Below are positions 47,750 through 57,371 of a stretch of 64,000 nucleotides of DNA, piece by piece. This DNA is from a phage. The DNA is taken from the sequence record PX915678.1; one strand, given 5' to 3'. Each line of letters opens with the position of its first letter. Positions within the stretch are counted from its first letter, which is position 1. Both the position numbers and the translations under genes were made by a program. The notes beneath the pieces were generated by a model, which did no database searches, had not been told where the DNA came from, and saw only the letters and a program-made list of their open reading frames with translations.

Positions 47750-49566
47750 TATTGGCTCATCCATTCTTTACGAAGGTCAGCATTATCTCCCATGAGCATT
47801 TCAAAAAGCTCTTTCCAGTTCTCAGGAAGTTTAACAACATCATATACTGGGTTTTGAATCATCTCACGATATTCAGATTTTTCCAAAGAGCCAAGTCCCT
47901 TAATATAACGGATGCTATGTTTAGGTAGAGCATCTTTGGCACTCTCATATTCAGCGACTGTATAAAACCATTCTTGTTTTTTACCGACCTGAGCGATGAT
48001 TACGGGAGTTTTGACGAAGCGAATTCTTCCTTGTTCAAACAGTTCTGGCCAATTACTAAAAAATCCGAGCAGAGAAGGATAAATGCTTCCTAGACCATCA
48101 TGGTCAGCATCAGTCATAATAGCAATATTATGATAATTCAAGTTTTCAGCTTTTTCGCCAAGAACTAATCCAGTGATTGCGCAAATATCAAACAGTTCTT
48201 TGTTTTTAAGCATATCAGCATATGACATACCCCAACTGTTGAGAACTTTACCACGCAATGGATAACCACCGTGAAGTTCTTTATCACGAACATCAATAAG
48301 ATATCCGATAGCAGAATCACCCTCAGTCAAGAAAAGAGTCGTGTCAGCATCTTTACCACAAAGATTCGCTTTAATGTGTTTATGAACCTTAGCTTTAGAG
48401 GCCTTTTTAGCTGCTTTAGTTTCTGCTGCTTTTTCTGCCGCCAATTTACGAGCCAAGGCAGCTTCAATAATTGGCATTAAAATTGCTTCATTGTTTAAAA
48501 TAGCGCGTGAAATCTTTTTAGCATCAAGTTGAATATGACTACGGATTTCACCAAATGGAGAAGTCAAACGCTCTTTAGTTTGAGAATCAAATCGCATGTT
48601 TTTCATATCACGAACAAACATAACGATAGTCAAACATTCTTTGACACGAGCTTTAGTTACATCAATTTTGAACTTACGTTTGATTTGTGGAATAAGGTCT
48701 TCACAAATATCATCCATAACGCAGTCAATATGATGGCCACCATTCTTAGTATGAATGTTATTGACGTATGTTAATTGACGAAAACCATCCGGTGAACGAC
48801 CAACCGCAATAGAACAATTTTCTTGTTCTTGAACAATAGCATGCTCATCATATTGGCGTGCATATTTCTTAAAATTACCCTGAACCTTTTTACCATTAAA
48901 GGTAAATTGAATATCAGGATAAACTACTGCAAGTGTCTGGAGACGATCCAGTGTAATGTCAAGATAAACTTGAGATAGCTCATTAGTTTCAAATGACATA
49001 AAATCAGGAATGAAAGTAACACGAGTTCCTTTCCATTTTCCAGGAATAGTTTCCCATGATTTATTTTCCATGCCATTTGAACAACGAACTACAATATTAT
49101 TTTGACCGTCGCCAGTTTCACCGACAAACATCACAGAAAAAATGTTAGTTAAACTAGAACCAACACCGTTCATACCGCCAGTGACACGTTCTTTATCATC
49201 ACCGAAGTTACCACCTGCTTTTGGAATAGTCCAGGCGGCAACAGGACCGGGAATTTCTTCACCAGTAGGTGTTTTAACCATCGCTTGTGGAATACCACGA
49301 CCGTTATCTTCAACTGTTACTTGATTGTTTTTGATAGTAACATTAATTTTATTCGCGAATTTAAACTTAGTACGAATACCTTCATCTACTGAGTTATCGA
49401 TAATTTCATCAATAAGCTTAACAAGACCAGGTACATACTGAACACTTTCCCATTTACCAAACAGAAAGCGCTCATGCATTTCATTAGCGGAAGAGCCAAT
49501 GTACATGCCGCTACGCTTTTTGATATGTTCAATATCGCTCAGAATTTTAATTTCATTCTTAATCAT
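47749..49566 (-). CDS. 39: DNA topoisomerase II large subunit, unsplit (GyrB-like ATPase plus Toprim in one ORF)
   Basis: 605 aa from MIKNEIKIL; GHKL ATPase N-terminus; Toprim motifs LTEGDSA and MTDADHDG in the same ORF. Confidence 0.9.
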   Translation of the reverse strand: MIKNEIKILSDIEHIKKRSGMYIGSSANEMHERFLFGKWESVQYVPGLVKLIDEIIDNSVDEGIRTKFKFANKINVTIKNNQVTVEDNGRGIPQAMVKTPTGEEIPGPVAAWTIPKAGGNFGDDKERVTGGMNGVGSSLTNIFSVMFVGETGDGQNNIVVRCSNGMENKSWETIPGKWKGTRVTFIPDFMSFETNELSQVYLDITLDRLQTLAVVYPDIQFTFNGKKVQGNFKKYARQYDEHAIVQEQENCSIAVGRSPDGFRQLTYVNNIHTKNGGHHIDCVMDDICEDLIPQIKRKFKIDVTKARVKECLTIVMFVRDMKNMRFDSQTKERLTSPFGEIRSHIQLDAKKISRAILNNEAILMPIIEAALARKLAAEKAAETKAAKKASKAKVHKHIKANLCGKDADTTLFLTEGDSAIGYLIDVRDKELHGGYPLRGKVLNSWGMSYADMLKNKELFDICAITGLVLGEKAENLNYHNIAIMTDADHDGLGSIYPSLLGFFSNWPELFEQGRIRFVKTPVIIAQVGKKQEWFYTVAEYESAKDALPKHSIRYIKGLGSLEKSEYREMIQNPVYDVVKLPENWKELFEMLMGDNADLRKEWMSQ

Positions 49567-49620
49567 CACTTATCCTCGTTTGGTTTCGGGAATATTATAC
49601 TCCGGTAATCATAAAGCTAA

Positions 49621-49634
49621 AGGCCCGAAGGCCT
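49621..49634 (-). other. C(UUCG)G hairpin upstream of gene 39
   Basis: aggcc-cgaa-ggcct after lipoprotein gene stop. Confidence 0.4.
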
Positions 49635-49635
49635 T

Positions 49636-49908
49636 TTATTTAAAACGGATAGTCGAATCCTTGAAGAATAGTCCAGAACATACTGTTCCTTCTACTTTCT
49701 GCCCAGTAGGTCCAATAGCACGAAATCCAGTATGCTGGAAATCATTTTCAGAGCAACCAAACCAATTGTATCCAGTGATTTCAATATCAGTAAACCCACT
49801 TGAAGACAAAACTTTAGTTGCATTATCAGCATCAGTACATCCTACTAAAGATACTGCTAATACTAATGCCGCGATAGAACGATTAACATATTTCATAATT
49901 TCACTCAA
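49636..49908 (-). CDS. small lipoprotein
   Basis: Signal peptide with lipobox (MKYVNRSIAALVLAVSLVGC); start may be 49896. Confidence 0.55.
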   Translation of the reverse strand: MSEIMKYVNRSIAALVLAVSLVGCTDADNATKVLSSSGFTDIEITGYNWFGCSENDFQHTGFRAIGPTGQKVEGTVCSGLFFKDSTIRFK

Positions 49909-50272
49909 ATTTAATGGCTTGAAGAAGACTAATGATTCTCAAGCGACTTCTTTCATCTTTAACTGTAAAGGAAAGAGGGTCACCAGATTTCATAGTAATA
50001 GTGCATTCAAAATCAAAATCTTCTGTAACTTCTTCGAAGAAGTCAAATTCTTCATCATAAATTAGAACATTACTCTGAAAACTGTGAAGAATTTTTCCAT
50101 CATTTCCAGATGCTGTACTAATCATTGTAACATTATGGCCTTTCATATCTTCAACGATAAATTCGCTTGTAGATATTACGGCATTAATAGAACCATTCCT
50201 ATAAATAGAAGAAAGCAGATATTTCTTTTCTTCACCTTCACGAACACGATATTTCTTACCGATTTTAAACAT
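49901..50272 (-). CDS. hypothetical protein (123 aa)
   Basis: Start at ATG 50272 (track start is GTG). Confidence 0.5.
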   Translation of the reverse strand: MFKIGKKYRVREGEEKKYLLSSIYRNGSINAVISTSEFIVEDMKGHNVTMISTASGNDGKILHSFQSNVLIYDEEFDFFEEVTEDFDFECTITMKSGDPLSFTVKDERSRLRIISLLQAIKFE

Positions 50273-50274
50273 AA

Positions 50275-50451
50275 TCACCCTTTAAGTAAGTCATAAAATC
50301 CGCCATTCACATGCTTAGGAGCAGAAGGCCGACGAGTAGACAGACGATGGCATTTAGGGCAAACATCATTTTCTCGTTCAGAAATCTTTTTAATTTTTTC
50401 GTATTCATGCCCGCAATCTTCGGATTGGCATTTATAATCATACATTGGCAT
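50275..50451 (-). CDS. FmdB-family zinc-ribbon protein (58 aa)
   Basis: MPMYDYKCQSEDCGHEYE...CPKCH; SD AAGGA; below track cutoff. Confidence 0.5.
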   Translation of the reverse strand: MPMYDYKCQSEDCGHEYEKIKKISERENDVCPKCHRLSTRRPSAPKHVNGGFYDLLKG

Positions 50452-50453
50452 AA

Positions 50454-50867
50454 TTATTCCTTAAAATGTGCTTTCAACATCTGATACAAGGACCATGCCT
50501 GTTCATTATTTTCAATAGTAACTTTCATGACAGGAAATTCTGTGAAATCTTCTATTTGTTCTTGCTCTTCCTGCTCTTGTTCTTCAGCAGCCTGATATGG
50601 ATTTTCCACTTCATCAAAGAACTCTGCATCGCCCGCTAAAAGACAAATATAATTTTCATCGCAAGTATCTCTATATAAAAATAATGTTTCGTTAGATGTC
50701 ATAATTTTAGTTGGAGTTTGAAGAGAATCAACATCCAAGATTTTAAAAGGTTGCATACCTAAACGTTTTGCATAAATTTTATTCTCAGCATGGTCTTCAA
50801 TAAAAGCTTCTTGAGCTTGTTTATTTTTAAATTGATACCATTTATTAACTTCAAATTTAATAGCCAT
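50454..50867 (-). CDS. acidic hypothetical protein (137 aa; possibly goF position)
   Basis: ORF; poly-E/Q stretch; assignment by position and size only. Confidence 0.45.
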   Translation of the reverse strand: MAIKFEVNKWYQFKNKQAQEAFIEDHAENKIYAKRLGMQPFKILDVDSLQTPTKIMTSNETLFLYRDTCDENYICLLAGDAEFFDEVENPYQAAEEQEQEEQEQIEDFTEFPVMKVTIENNEQAWSLYQMLKAHFKE

Positions 50868-51082
50868 TAATAAATTTCCTTCCAGTAAGTTGTACCGTCT
50901 TCAGTGATTTCACGGAATACACCGTAAATTGGTTGTTTATCACCGACTTTCTCATACACATAAACCGAAGTCAAGTGAGTAAACTTAGCAGTGTGTTCCT
51001 TTTGAACTACTACCAAATCTGGATCGAATAATACATCTTCAAATTCGTCATTAGTGCAGTTCTGAACAATTTTGTGTTTCAT
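50867..51082 (-). CDS. hypothetical protein (71 aa; possibly cef position)
   Basis: 71 aa from second ATG; positional guess. Confidence 0.4.
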   Translation of the reverse strand: MKHKIVQNCTNDEFEDVLFDPDLVVVQKEHTAKFTHLTSVYVYEKVGDKQPIYGVFREITEDGTTYWKEIY

Positions 51083-51179
51083 TACATTCTCCAAGCTGTT
51101 TTCTGTATCAGTAGTTGATATTGATATAGTACCATAATCAACTACTGATGTATATAGTTTTATGAAAAAATTTTAAACT

Positions 51180-51677
51180 TTATGCATAGCGAGCTTTGCT
51201 ATAGTGTTTAATCCAACTTTCAGGAATGACTTTGTATGTTCCTAAAAATACCGCGTTGTACAACTTAACGCCATCTTCTACCCACTGATCGGTAATGTAT
51301 GCACACATAGCGCGAGTACGGTGTTTTTGAACAACCCCTTCCTCATCTTCAGTAAATTCGAATTCATAAGGAGCAACGAACTTAATAGCTTGACCGAGTT
51401 TCCACTTAAAGTCTACACCTACATGCGAAGTATCAATCGTCTCAATTCCTTTAGCAGGAACAGCTTTCAAAAACGCAGACTCAAGAAATTTCGCACGAAC
51501 ATAGCCAAACTGAGGTTTAGACTTTCCATCTTTAGGAATGATACGCACTTTTACTTCAGAATCTTCATCTTTAACACCATGTTTAAGCTGAATGCTTACA
51601 ATTTCAACCAATTTTCCTGCTGCTTTAGAGCGGGATTTATCAGATACACGAGCAATTTCACCAATATTAATAATCAT
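51180..51677 (-). CDS. motB: MotB-like protein (165 aa)
   Basis: Position and size match T4 motB (~162 aa); C-terminal domain shared with next ORF. Confidence 0.45.
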   Translation of the reverse strand: MIINIGEIARVSDKSRSKAAGKLVEIVSIQLKHGVKDEDSEVKVRIIPKDGKSKPQFGYVRAKFLESAFLKAVPAKGIETIDTSHVGVDFKWKLGQAIKFVAPYEFEFTEDEEGVVQKHRTRAMCAYITDQWVEDGVKLYNAVFLGTYKVIPESWIKHYSKARYA

Positions 51678-51753
51678 AGTTATCTCTCACTTGTTAAAAA
51701 GATTTTATACTCCACGGGACCATTATACTCTGGTCCCAAGAGTTTGTAAACTA

Positions 51754-52293
51754 TTAATTCAAAATAGCTACCACTGCACTACGAGGTACTACGCTAAAAT
51801 CACCTGCATGAACAACGTTCAGAAGTTCAACACCATCTTCAATCCACTGGTCTGTTACCCAACCACAGACCGAAATAAATGGGGTCTTGATAGCTACTGC
51901 ACGAGTCAAAAGGTCAGTAGGATCGCATTCTTGGAAGAGGATAAGCTCTGCTTCAAAGACTATAGTTTTAATTACTTCATCATTATCTAAGCGATGTGCT
52001 CGAATCACGTAAGCTTTATTCTTATCATGCCAATTACTTTTTGAAAAGCTTTTAACCACAAACTCGCCTTCACCAAAAGCATTGACTAATGCTTTATAAC
52101 CCAAACTTAGTTCAGTAGTTTTAATTTCAGTTTCAACCAGTTTGTAGGTTTTGCCGATTTCAATAGCGGTAGTCATAGTAGGTTCCTTAATTTCCAGTGG
52201 TTTAACAGGGCATACATAAGTGCTTACAACATCAAAATCAATCAGTTTAGCTACTGGATTTGGTGTATATTCAGGATTATAATTAAATTTCAT
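51754..52293 (-). CDS. hypothetical protein (179 aa), paralog of MotB-like C-terminal domain
   Basis: C-terminal CGWVTDQWIEDGVELLNVVHAGDFSVVP vs CAYITDQWVEDGVKLYNAVFLGTYKVIP in 51180..51677. Confidence 0.5.
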   Translation of the reverse strand: MKFNYNPEYTPNPVAKLIDFDVVSTYVCPVKPLEIKEPTMTTAIEIGKTYKLVETEIKTTELSLGYKALVNAFGEGEFVVKSFSKSNWHDKNKAYVIRAHRLDNDEVIKTIVFEAELILFQECDPTDLLTRAVAIKTPFISVCGWVTDQWIEDGVELLNVVHAGDFSVVPRSAVVAILN

Positions 52294-52295
52294 AA

Positions 52296-52796
52296 TTATC
52301 TCATTTCAATAAAATCTACGAGTTCAGCATGCGATTTGCGGAACATTACTTGGTGCCCACCAATGATAACTTCATCTTCAGGAACTTCGTATACAGCGAG
52401 ATAAAATCCTTTAGAAGATAATTCTTCCCGCTCTTCTCGCGTGAACCATCTCATCATATCATATTCACTAGCGAAAGCAAAATGATAAAGACCTATAAAC
52501 CATCCTGGAATATGATATTCTACTCCAACATAATCTTTCTTGAACTTAGTATTAATTACTATATTAGCGTTTTTAACTAATAGTTTATCTTCGTGTGGTA
52601 AAGGAATTCTTTTATTATTATCGCTATGATGCATAAAATTAGGTCTGCCATAACCTACGTGTAATAACCACTCTTCGCTCCATGAATCTATTATACTCCT
52701 GTATGGCGTTATTTGAACACAAAGATTTCGACGTATTGTTATAGCATCTTCACAATTAAGAATACTAAAAGATGATTCAACACGATAAATTTTCAT
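52296..52796 (-). CDS. hypothetical protein (166 aa)
   Basis: Start at MKIYRVESS with SD GAGGA; track TTG extension overlaps the promoter. Confidence 0.5.
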   Translation of the reverse strand: MKIYRVESSFSILNCEDAITIRRNLCVQITPYRSIIDSWSEEWLLHVGYGRPNFMHHSDNNKRIPLPHEDKLLVKNANIVINTKFKKDYVGVEYHIPGWFIGLYHFAFASEYDMMRWFTREEREELSSKGFYLAVYEVPEDEVIIGGHQVMFRKSHAELVDFIEMR

Positions 52797-52823
52797 TTTA
52801 TTATCCTCAGTAGTTATGGTGTT

Positions 52824-52853
52824 ATAATACCACAACTAACCGAGGAAGTAAAC
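52824..52853 (-). promoter_or_regulatory. T4-type early promoter
   Basis: Minus strand GTTTAC-18 nt-TATTAT. Confidence 0.5.
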
Positions 52854-52859
52854 AACTTT

Positions 52860-53543
52860 TTATCGTTTTGTTGGAAGAGACAGAGGATCGCACTCTTCCT
52901 CTGACGGAGCATCTTCAAGACCCATAGCATATCGCAAAGCATACTTCATCATCAGGATGTCTTTCGCACAGTCATGAATAGAATCATGCGCAACGAATCC
53001 ATCTAAAGTTCCCTTTGGAAGAGGACATGTGGTCATATCACGAACAAGCAGAAGTGCTTCAATTCTGGTACGAATATCACGCTGATTCCAGAATTTACAT
53101 GGTTCTAACTTAAATGTGTCAAGTTCATTCTCGGAAACGCCGTTAAGACGTTGAATATCGCGAATGAGATCAACTAAAATAGGAAAATCAAACGACATTC
53201 CACGGCACCAGCCTTGAGATTTCCAAGGATCGATGTTATGTGCATTGATGTAATCATTAAATTTTGCAATACCATCGATAGTGCTTACATCTTCATCTGA
53301 TGGTGCAATATTTTTTCGAGCTTCAGGAGACTGATTTTTCCACCATTCGATAGTGCTTTTAGTAAAAAGACGATGTCCTTTTTGGCTTTTTAAATCAAAC
53401 TTGATTTTAATGCCGCGTGAAACTAATTCATCAAATGTTTCAACTACTTCTGGATTAGGGTCAAAGGCAATAACAGCCAAATCAATAACAGCTGCCTTTT
53501 CACCGCTTCCCATTGTTTCAAAATCTATAATAAAATCAAACAT
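52860..53543 (-). CDS. dexA: exonuclease A (DEDDh 3'-5' exonuclease)
   Basis: 227 aa; MFDFIIDFETMGSG (Exo I motif), later HDSIHDCAKD. Confidence 0.85.
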   Translation of the reverse strand: MFDFIIDFETMGSGEKAAVIDLAVIAFDPNPEVVETFDELVSRGIKIKFDLKSQKGHRLFTKSTIEWWKNQSPEARKNIAPSDEDVSTIDGIAKFNDYINAHNIDPWKSQGWCRGMSFDFPILVDLIRDIQRLNGVSENELDTFKLEPCKFWNQRDIRTRIEALLLVRDMTTCPLPKGTLDGFVAHDSIHDCAKDILMMKYALRYAMGLEDAPSEEECDPLSLPTKR

Positions 53544-53818
53544 TAAATTTTCCTCGCTAAATCGCGAATTTGACCTACAGTATAATCTTGGATATAAACT
53601 TTATTAATGGGCTCATCAATAAATTTTGCTATAGATTCAATATCTTTTTGTATCTCTTCAAGACTGTATACTATCTTTAAAGCTTTTTCGCGAATAGTAA
53701 CATTATCAGGTCCTGGATTTTCTTGAATGACAGCTTTAACGTTTGCCATAAGAGATTTAAATTGGTACCAACTTAATTCAATCATTAATAACCGCCTTAT
53801 AAAGATGGCTAATTTCAC
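53543..53818 (-). CDS. hypothetical protein (91 aa)
   Basis: ORF; one of three similar-sized small ORFs between dexA and dda. Confidence 0.45.
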   Translation of the reverse strand: MKLAIFIRRLLMIELSWYQFKSLMANVKAVIQENPGPDNVTIREKALKIVYSLEEIQKDIESIAKFIDEPINKVYIQDYTVGQIRDLARKI

Positions 53819-54038
53819 CTAAAACATAATCACTGATTGTAACAGTTTTCACTTCGCCGCAAAAGAATTCTAACGCAATCAAATCTCGTTCAATTTCTTC
53901 TAATTGAAGCATTAACTTGCCTGATTCAATTTTCACATTTGTACGATTTTTACTATAAGCTATTTCATAAGTTTCGCTCACTTTATCTTGAAGCAGATAA
54001 AACTGGTCTTTAGTTATTTCCACGAATAGCTTCCTCAA
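53778..54038 (-). CDS. hypothetical protein (86 aa)
   Basis: ORF; weak similarity to neighbour (LEEI...DY.G.I). Confidence 0.45.
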   Translation of the reverse strand: MRKLFVEITKDQFYLLQDKVSETYEIAYSKNRTNVKIESGKLMLQLEEIERDLIALEFFCGEVKTVTISDYVLGEISHLYKAVIND

Positions 54039-54270
54039 ATTTAATCAGCAACTTACAGACACTTTCATCTAATGTAATTACAGTATCTGTATTACTGTGA
54101 TATGATTGTTTTTCAATTCGTTTAATTGCTAGTATAGTATCACTTATAAGATTAAGCTTATAAAGGAGCTCAGCTCCTGTTACCATAACACTGAGGTTAT
54201 CTTGCTTATCAGTGTGCTTCTTTATACCATCTATTAGACGATTTAAATATTTTGAATTGATGTTAATCAT
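54010..54270 (-). CDS. hypothetical protein (86 aa)
   Basis: ORF. Confidence 0.45.
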   Translation of the reverse strand: MININSKYLNRLIDGIKKHTDKQDNLSVMVTGAELLYKLNLISDTILAIKRIEKQSYHSNTDTVITLDESVCKLLIKFEEAIRGNN

Positions 54271-54276
54271 ATATCC

Positions 54277-55596
54277 TCACACATAAAACACATCATAACG
54301 ACCACGAGTGACACCAACATAAAGAAGCTGCTGAGCCAATTCAGCATCTGCATAATGAATACAAGGTGTATAGATGAAAGCACGGTCTACAGACATGCCC
54401 TGAGCTTTGTGGAATGTTGATGCAGGAAGTGCTTTCACTTTACTAAACTGTGATTTAGCATCCCAAAAATCACTCCACGGAGCTTTTCCACCTTTATTCC
54501 AATTTTTATACGTTTCTGCCGTTTTACCTAAAAATAAGTTAAACTTATACAGCTCTTCATCAGATGAAATTATTTTAATCTTTTCACGATAATATTCATC
54601 ATCGCCGTAAGTTTCTACTGTTAAATCCCAATGACGAATTAAATATTCTCCAGAAACACCACGAGCTTTAACAAATGTTGATGTATACTCTGCTTCTATA
54701 ATACGAACTAATTGTCCGTTATTAAAAATAATTTCTGACACAGGCTTTCCATCAATTTTATATGTTTTAATTAATGGTTCCTGCATTACAATAATTTCAC
54801 CAACGATAAAATCTTTATCAGTTTCAAAAATCTTTTTGCGAATAATGCTATTTAACTTATCAACAGATTTATTCGTAAATGCCATTACGCGATTTTCAAA
54901 CAAATCGTCTAGTGATTTTACTATTGAAAAATAATTTACCATAAAATCACGTAAAGCGGTATCACCAGTAAATCCACGTACTCCATGCCCGTCAACAACT
55001 TTATCATAAATCCACTTACCGTTGCGAACATCAGTAGCTACATCAATAATAGGAGCATTACTGCGTTTAACTTCAGTGAGTTCACACTGATAAAAATCTT
55101 TATGTGTAAAGAACGGACTGATATAAGCAGTGTTTTCTCCTGGGTCAACAGGTCTAATTTGCTTATTATCGCCTATTCCAATTATAGTACACCACGGCGG
55201 GATAGTTGAAAGCAGAATTTTAAATAGCTTTCTATCATACATTGACACTTCGTCGCAGATTAATACTCTGCATTTAGCTAAATCCGGTACTTCTTTTTGT
55301 TCAAAAAGAACGTTTTCTTCATATGTTACCGGGTTAATTTTGAGAATACTGTGAATAGTACTCGCTTCTTTCCCTGACAGTTTAGAAAGAATCTTTTTAG
55401 CTGCATGAGTAGGAGCTGCTAAAATAATGCCAGTTTCGCCCGTAGATATTAAGGCTTCAATGATGAACTTAGTAAGAGTAGTCTTACCAGTACCGGCAGG
55501 TCCATTAATAGTTACATGGTGTTTCTTTTCTTTGATAGCCCTCATAACGATGTTAAAGGCATTTTTCTGGCCTTCTGTCAAATCATCAAATGTCAT
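54277..55596 (-). CDS. dda: Dda DNA helicase (SF1B)
   Basis: 439 aa; Walker A GPAGTGKT, Walker B LICDEVSM. Confidence 0.9.
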   Translation of the reverse strand: MTFDDLTEGQKNAFNIVMRAIKEKKHHVTINGPAGTGKTTLTKFIIEALISTGETGIILAAPTHAAKKILSKLSGKEASTIHSILKINPVTYEENVLFEQKEVPDLAKCRVLICDEVSMYDRKLFKILLSTIPPWCTIIGIGDNKQIRPVDPGENTAYISPFFTHKDFYQCELTEVKRSNAPIIDVATDVRNGKWIYDKVVDGHGVRGFTGDTALRDFMVNYFSIVKSLDDLFENRVMAFTNKSVDKLNSIIRKKIFETDKDFIVGEIIVMQEPLIKTYKIDGKPVSEIIFNNGQLVRIIEAEYTSTFVKARGVSGEYLIRHWDLTVETYGDDEYYREKIKIISSDEELYKFNLFLGKTAETYKNWNKGGKAPWSDFWDAKSQFSKVKALPASTFHKAQGMSVDRAFIYTPCIHYADAELAQQLLYVGVTRGRYDVFYV

Positions 55597-55904
55597 CGTA
55601 AATTCCCTGCAATTGGTATACTAACAATACGCCCAGTATCTAAAATTCGCCGATATAATCTTTGTGTGTCTACATCAGGCTTAACATGTTTAACTTCTAT
55701 TTTATTAAACCAAAACTTGCGTGGAGTTTCAACTAATCTCGGAATTCCCATACCTAAAGCTAGTCGATACTGATCTTTAAGAGTTGTAAATACTTTATCA
55801 GCAATCTCCCTTTCAAAAAATACAGCAGGGCGATGTTCATCGAGCGGAACTGGCACTGCAAATCCATCTTTATCTCTATACACTATCGCATATACATAAA
55901 ACAT
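55593..55904 (-). CDS. hypothetical protein (103 aa; dda.1 position)
   Basis: ORF coupled to dda. Confidence 0.5.
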   Translation of the reverse strand: MFYVYAIVYRDKDGFAVPVPLDEHRPAVFFEREIADKVFTTLKDQYRLALGMGIPRLVETPRKFWFNKIEVKHVKPDVDTQRLYRRILDTGRIVSIPIAGNLR

Positions 55905-55905
55905 A

Positions 55906-56652
55906 TTATCCTCGGATAAGTTTAAAAATTGAACAATTTAGCGGGTATCCTCTTTTCAGTTTAAGTTTATCAATAAAAGACAAGTTTTGATACCGCTCTA
56001 CACCTTGAATAATTTTATCACACATATCATATTGCATTTCTGCTTCTGACAACTTTTTCACAGTTTTCCAATCAGAGCCTTTAAGAAGAACGTTCAATTT
56101 AACAACTTCAGTGCCTTCTGCTATACGAGAACCATCAATACGAGCTTTGAGTGCTACAATCGTTAGCTTAATGTCAGAGGTTTGTTTTGATTTAGAAAGC
56201 TGAGAAATGTGTTCAATTCGGTTTTCACGTTTTTTCTGTATAGCTTTAATTTGATTATAAGTCTTTTTGATTTTAGCCCATTTCTTTTCATCTAAATTTA
56301 GTTTATGAACTTTTTTCGCAGATGAACGACCAATTCGCAAAGCAAATAAATCACGCTTTTCAATCAACTCTTCTAAAGTATAATCAGAACGAAATGTATT
56401 GTACTTTTTCTTTACTGCAATAACATTCCCTTTAATGTATCCAACGTTATTATCAAAACGTTCTAATGATAATTTCTCTCCTTCAATACGATTATCAAAA
56501 GGTTCTCCCGAGTAAGCGCAAACTTTCTGATCTAAAATGTTCTTAATGTAATTGAAGTCTAAGTTAAAATCTTTAGAACGTCTTTTAGCAGATGCCTGAG
56601 TGTGCTCTAGACGACGTGTAATTTTACGAATTTGATTTTTAGACAGTTTCAT
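55906..56652 (-). CDS. hypothetical protein (248 aa; srd position) with degenerate HNH-like motif
   Basis: CAYSGEPF...LSLERFDNNVGYIKGNV resembles an HNH core lacking the catalytic His and second Cys pair; size fits T4 srd; identity not verified. Confidence 0.4.
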   Translation of the reverse strand: MKLSKNQIRKITRRLEHTQASAKRRSKDFNLDFNYIKNILDQKVCAYSGEPFDNRIEGEKLSLERFDNNVGYIKGNVIAVKKKYNTFRSDYTLEELIEKRDLFALRIGRSSAKKVHKLNLDEKKWAKIKKTYNQIKAIQKKRENRIEHISQLSKSKQTSDIKLTIVALKARIDGSRIAEGTEVVKLNVLLKGSDWKTVKKLSEAEMQYDMCDKIIQGVERYQNLSFIDKLKLKRGYPLNCSIFKLIRG

Positions 56653-56682
56653 ATTTTTCTCACGGACGGGTTAACTACTTAT

Positions 56683-56712
56683 ACTATAACATTTTTACTT
56701 CAGTTTGTAAAC
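56683..56712 (-). promoter_or_regulatory. T4-type early promoter
   Basis: Minus strand GTTTAC...TATAGT. Confidence 0.45.
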
Positions 56713-56768
56713 AACTTTATGAAAAATGCTTTAAAACTTTCATGGTATAATGAATCTAAGTCCTTCCA

Positions 56769-57371
56769 TTATAGATTAAATCCTTCAAAATCAAGAGTAT
56801 AGATAGTGTATGTTGAATACTTTTTATACTCGTATCTATCCGCAATTCTAAATACGCTTCCAGCTGGTATCATTACTTCTTGTTCATCTGAAACTAATTC
56901 CATATTACGATAACGATGGCTATCTGGAAACTTAAAACTCGGGCTATATTCTTTACAACGTAGAGCTTTTATAGCATACTCCTGGAAATTAAACACCATA
57001 GGAGCTTTGAATTCAAAAATAACTTGTGTGTTGTATTCTAATCCAGAAGCAAAATGTAGAGCTATATTTTTATCATATGAAGCTGATACTACTTTATCAA
57101 ATGTAATAATATCAATTCCTTGATTTAACACCTGTTTAGTCTCAACTGGAACACCTCTCCAAAGAGGTTTATCGTTTGGAACCAAACGAGATTTGATTAT
57201 TTCATTTAACCAAGAATGATCGTCTGGCTTATTAGTAATACAATGAATTAAAAGTTCAATTTCGGATAAATTAAATCCTTCAGAAAGTAATTCTTCACGA
57301 ATAGAAGCACGCACCGATGCATCCATTGATTTGATTTTAAAATCTTTTAATTGCATTGCTGAATATTTCAT
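56769..57371 (-). CDS. modA: ADP-ribosyltransferase ModA
   Basis: 200 aa; R-S-ExE signature (LWRGV, SASYD, EQEVMIP). Confidence 0.8.
   Translation of the reverse strand: MKYSAMQLKDFKIKSMDASVRASIREELLSEGFNLSEIELLIHCITNKPDDHSWLNEIIKSRLVPNDKPLWRGVPVETKQVLNQGIDIITFDKVVSASYDKNIALHFASGLEYNTQVIFEFKAPMVFNFQEYAIKALRCKEYSPSFKFPDSHRYRNMELVSDEQEVMIPAGSVFRIADRYEYKKYSTYTIYTLDFEGFNL

Noticed and set aside
49621-49700. Possible early promoter between the lipoprotein gene and gene 39
   Set aside because: A TATAAT-like box exists but no convincing GTTTAC -35 at proper spacing.
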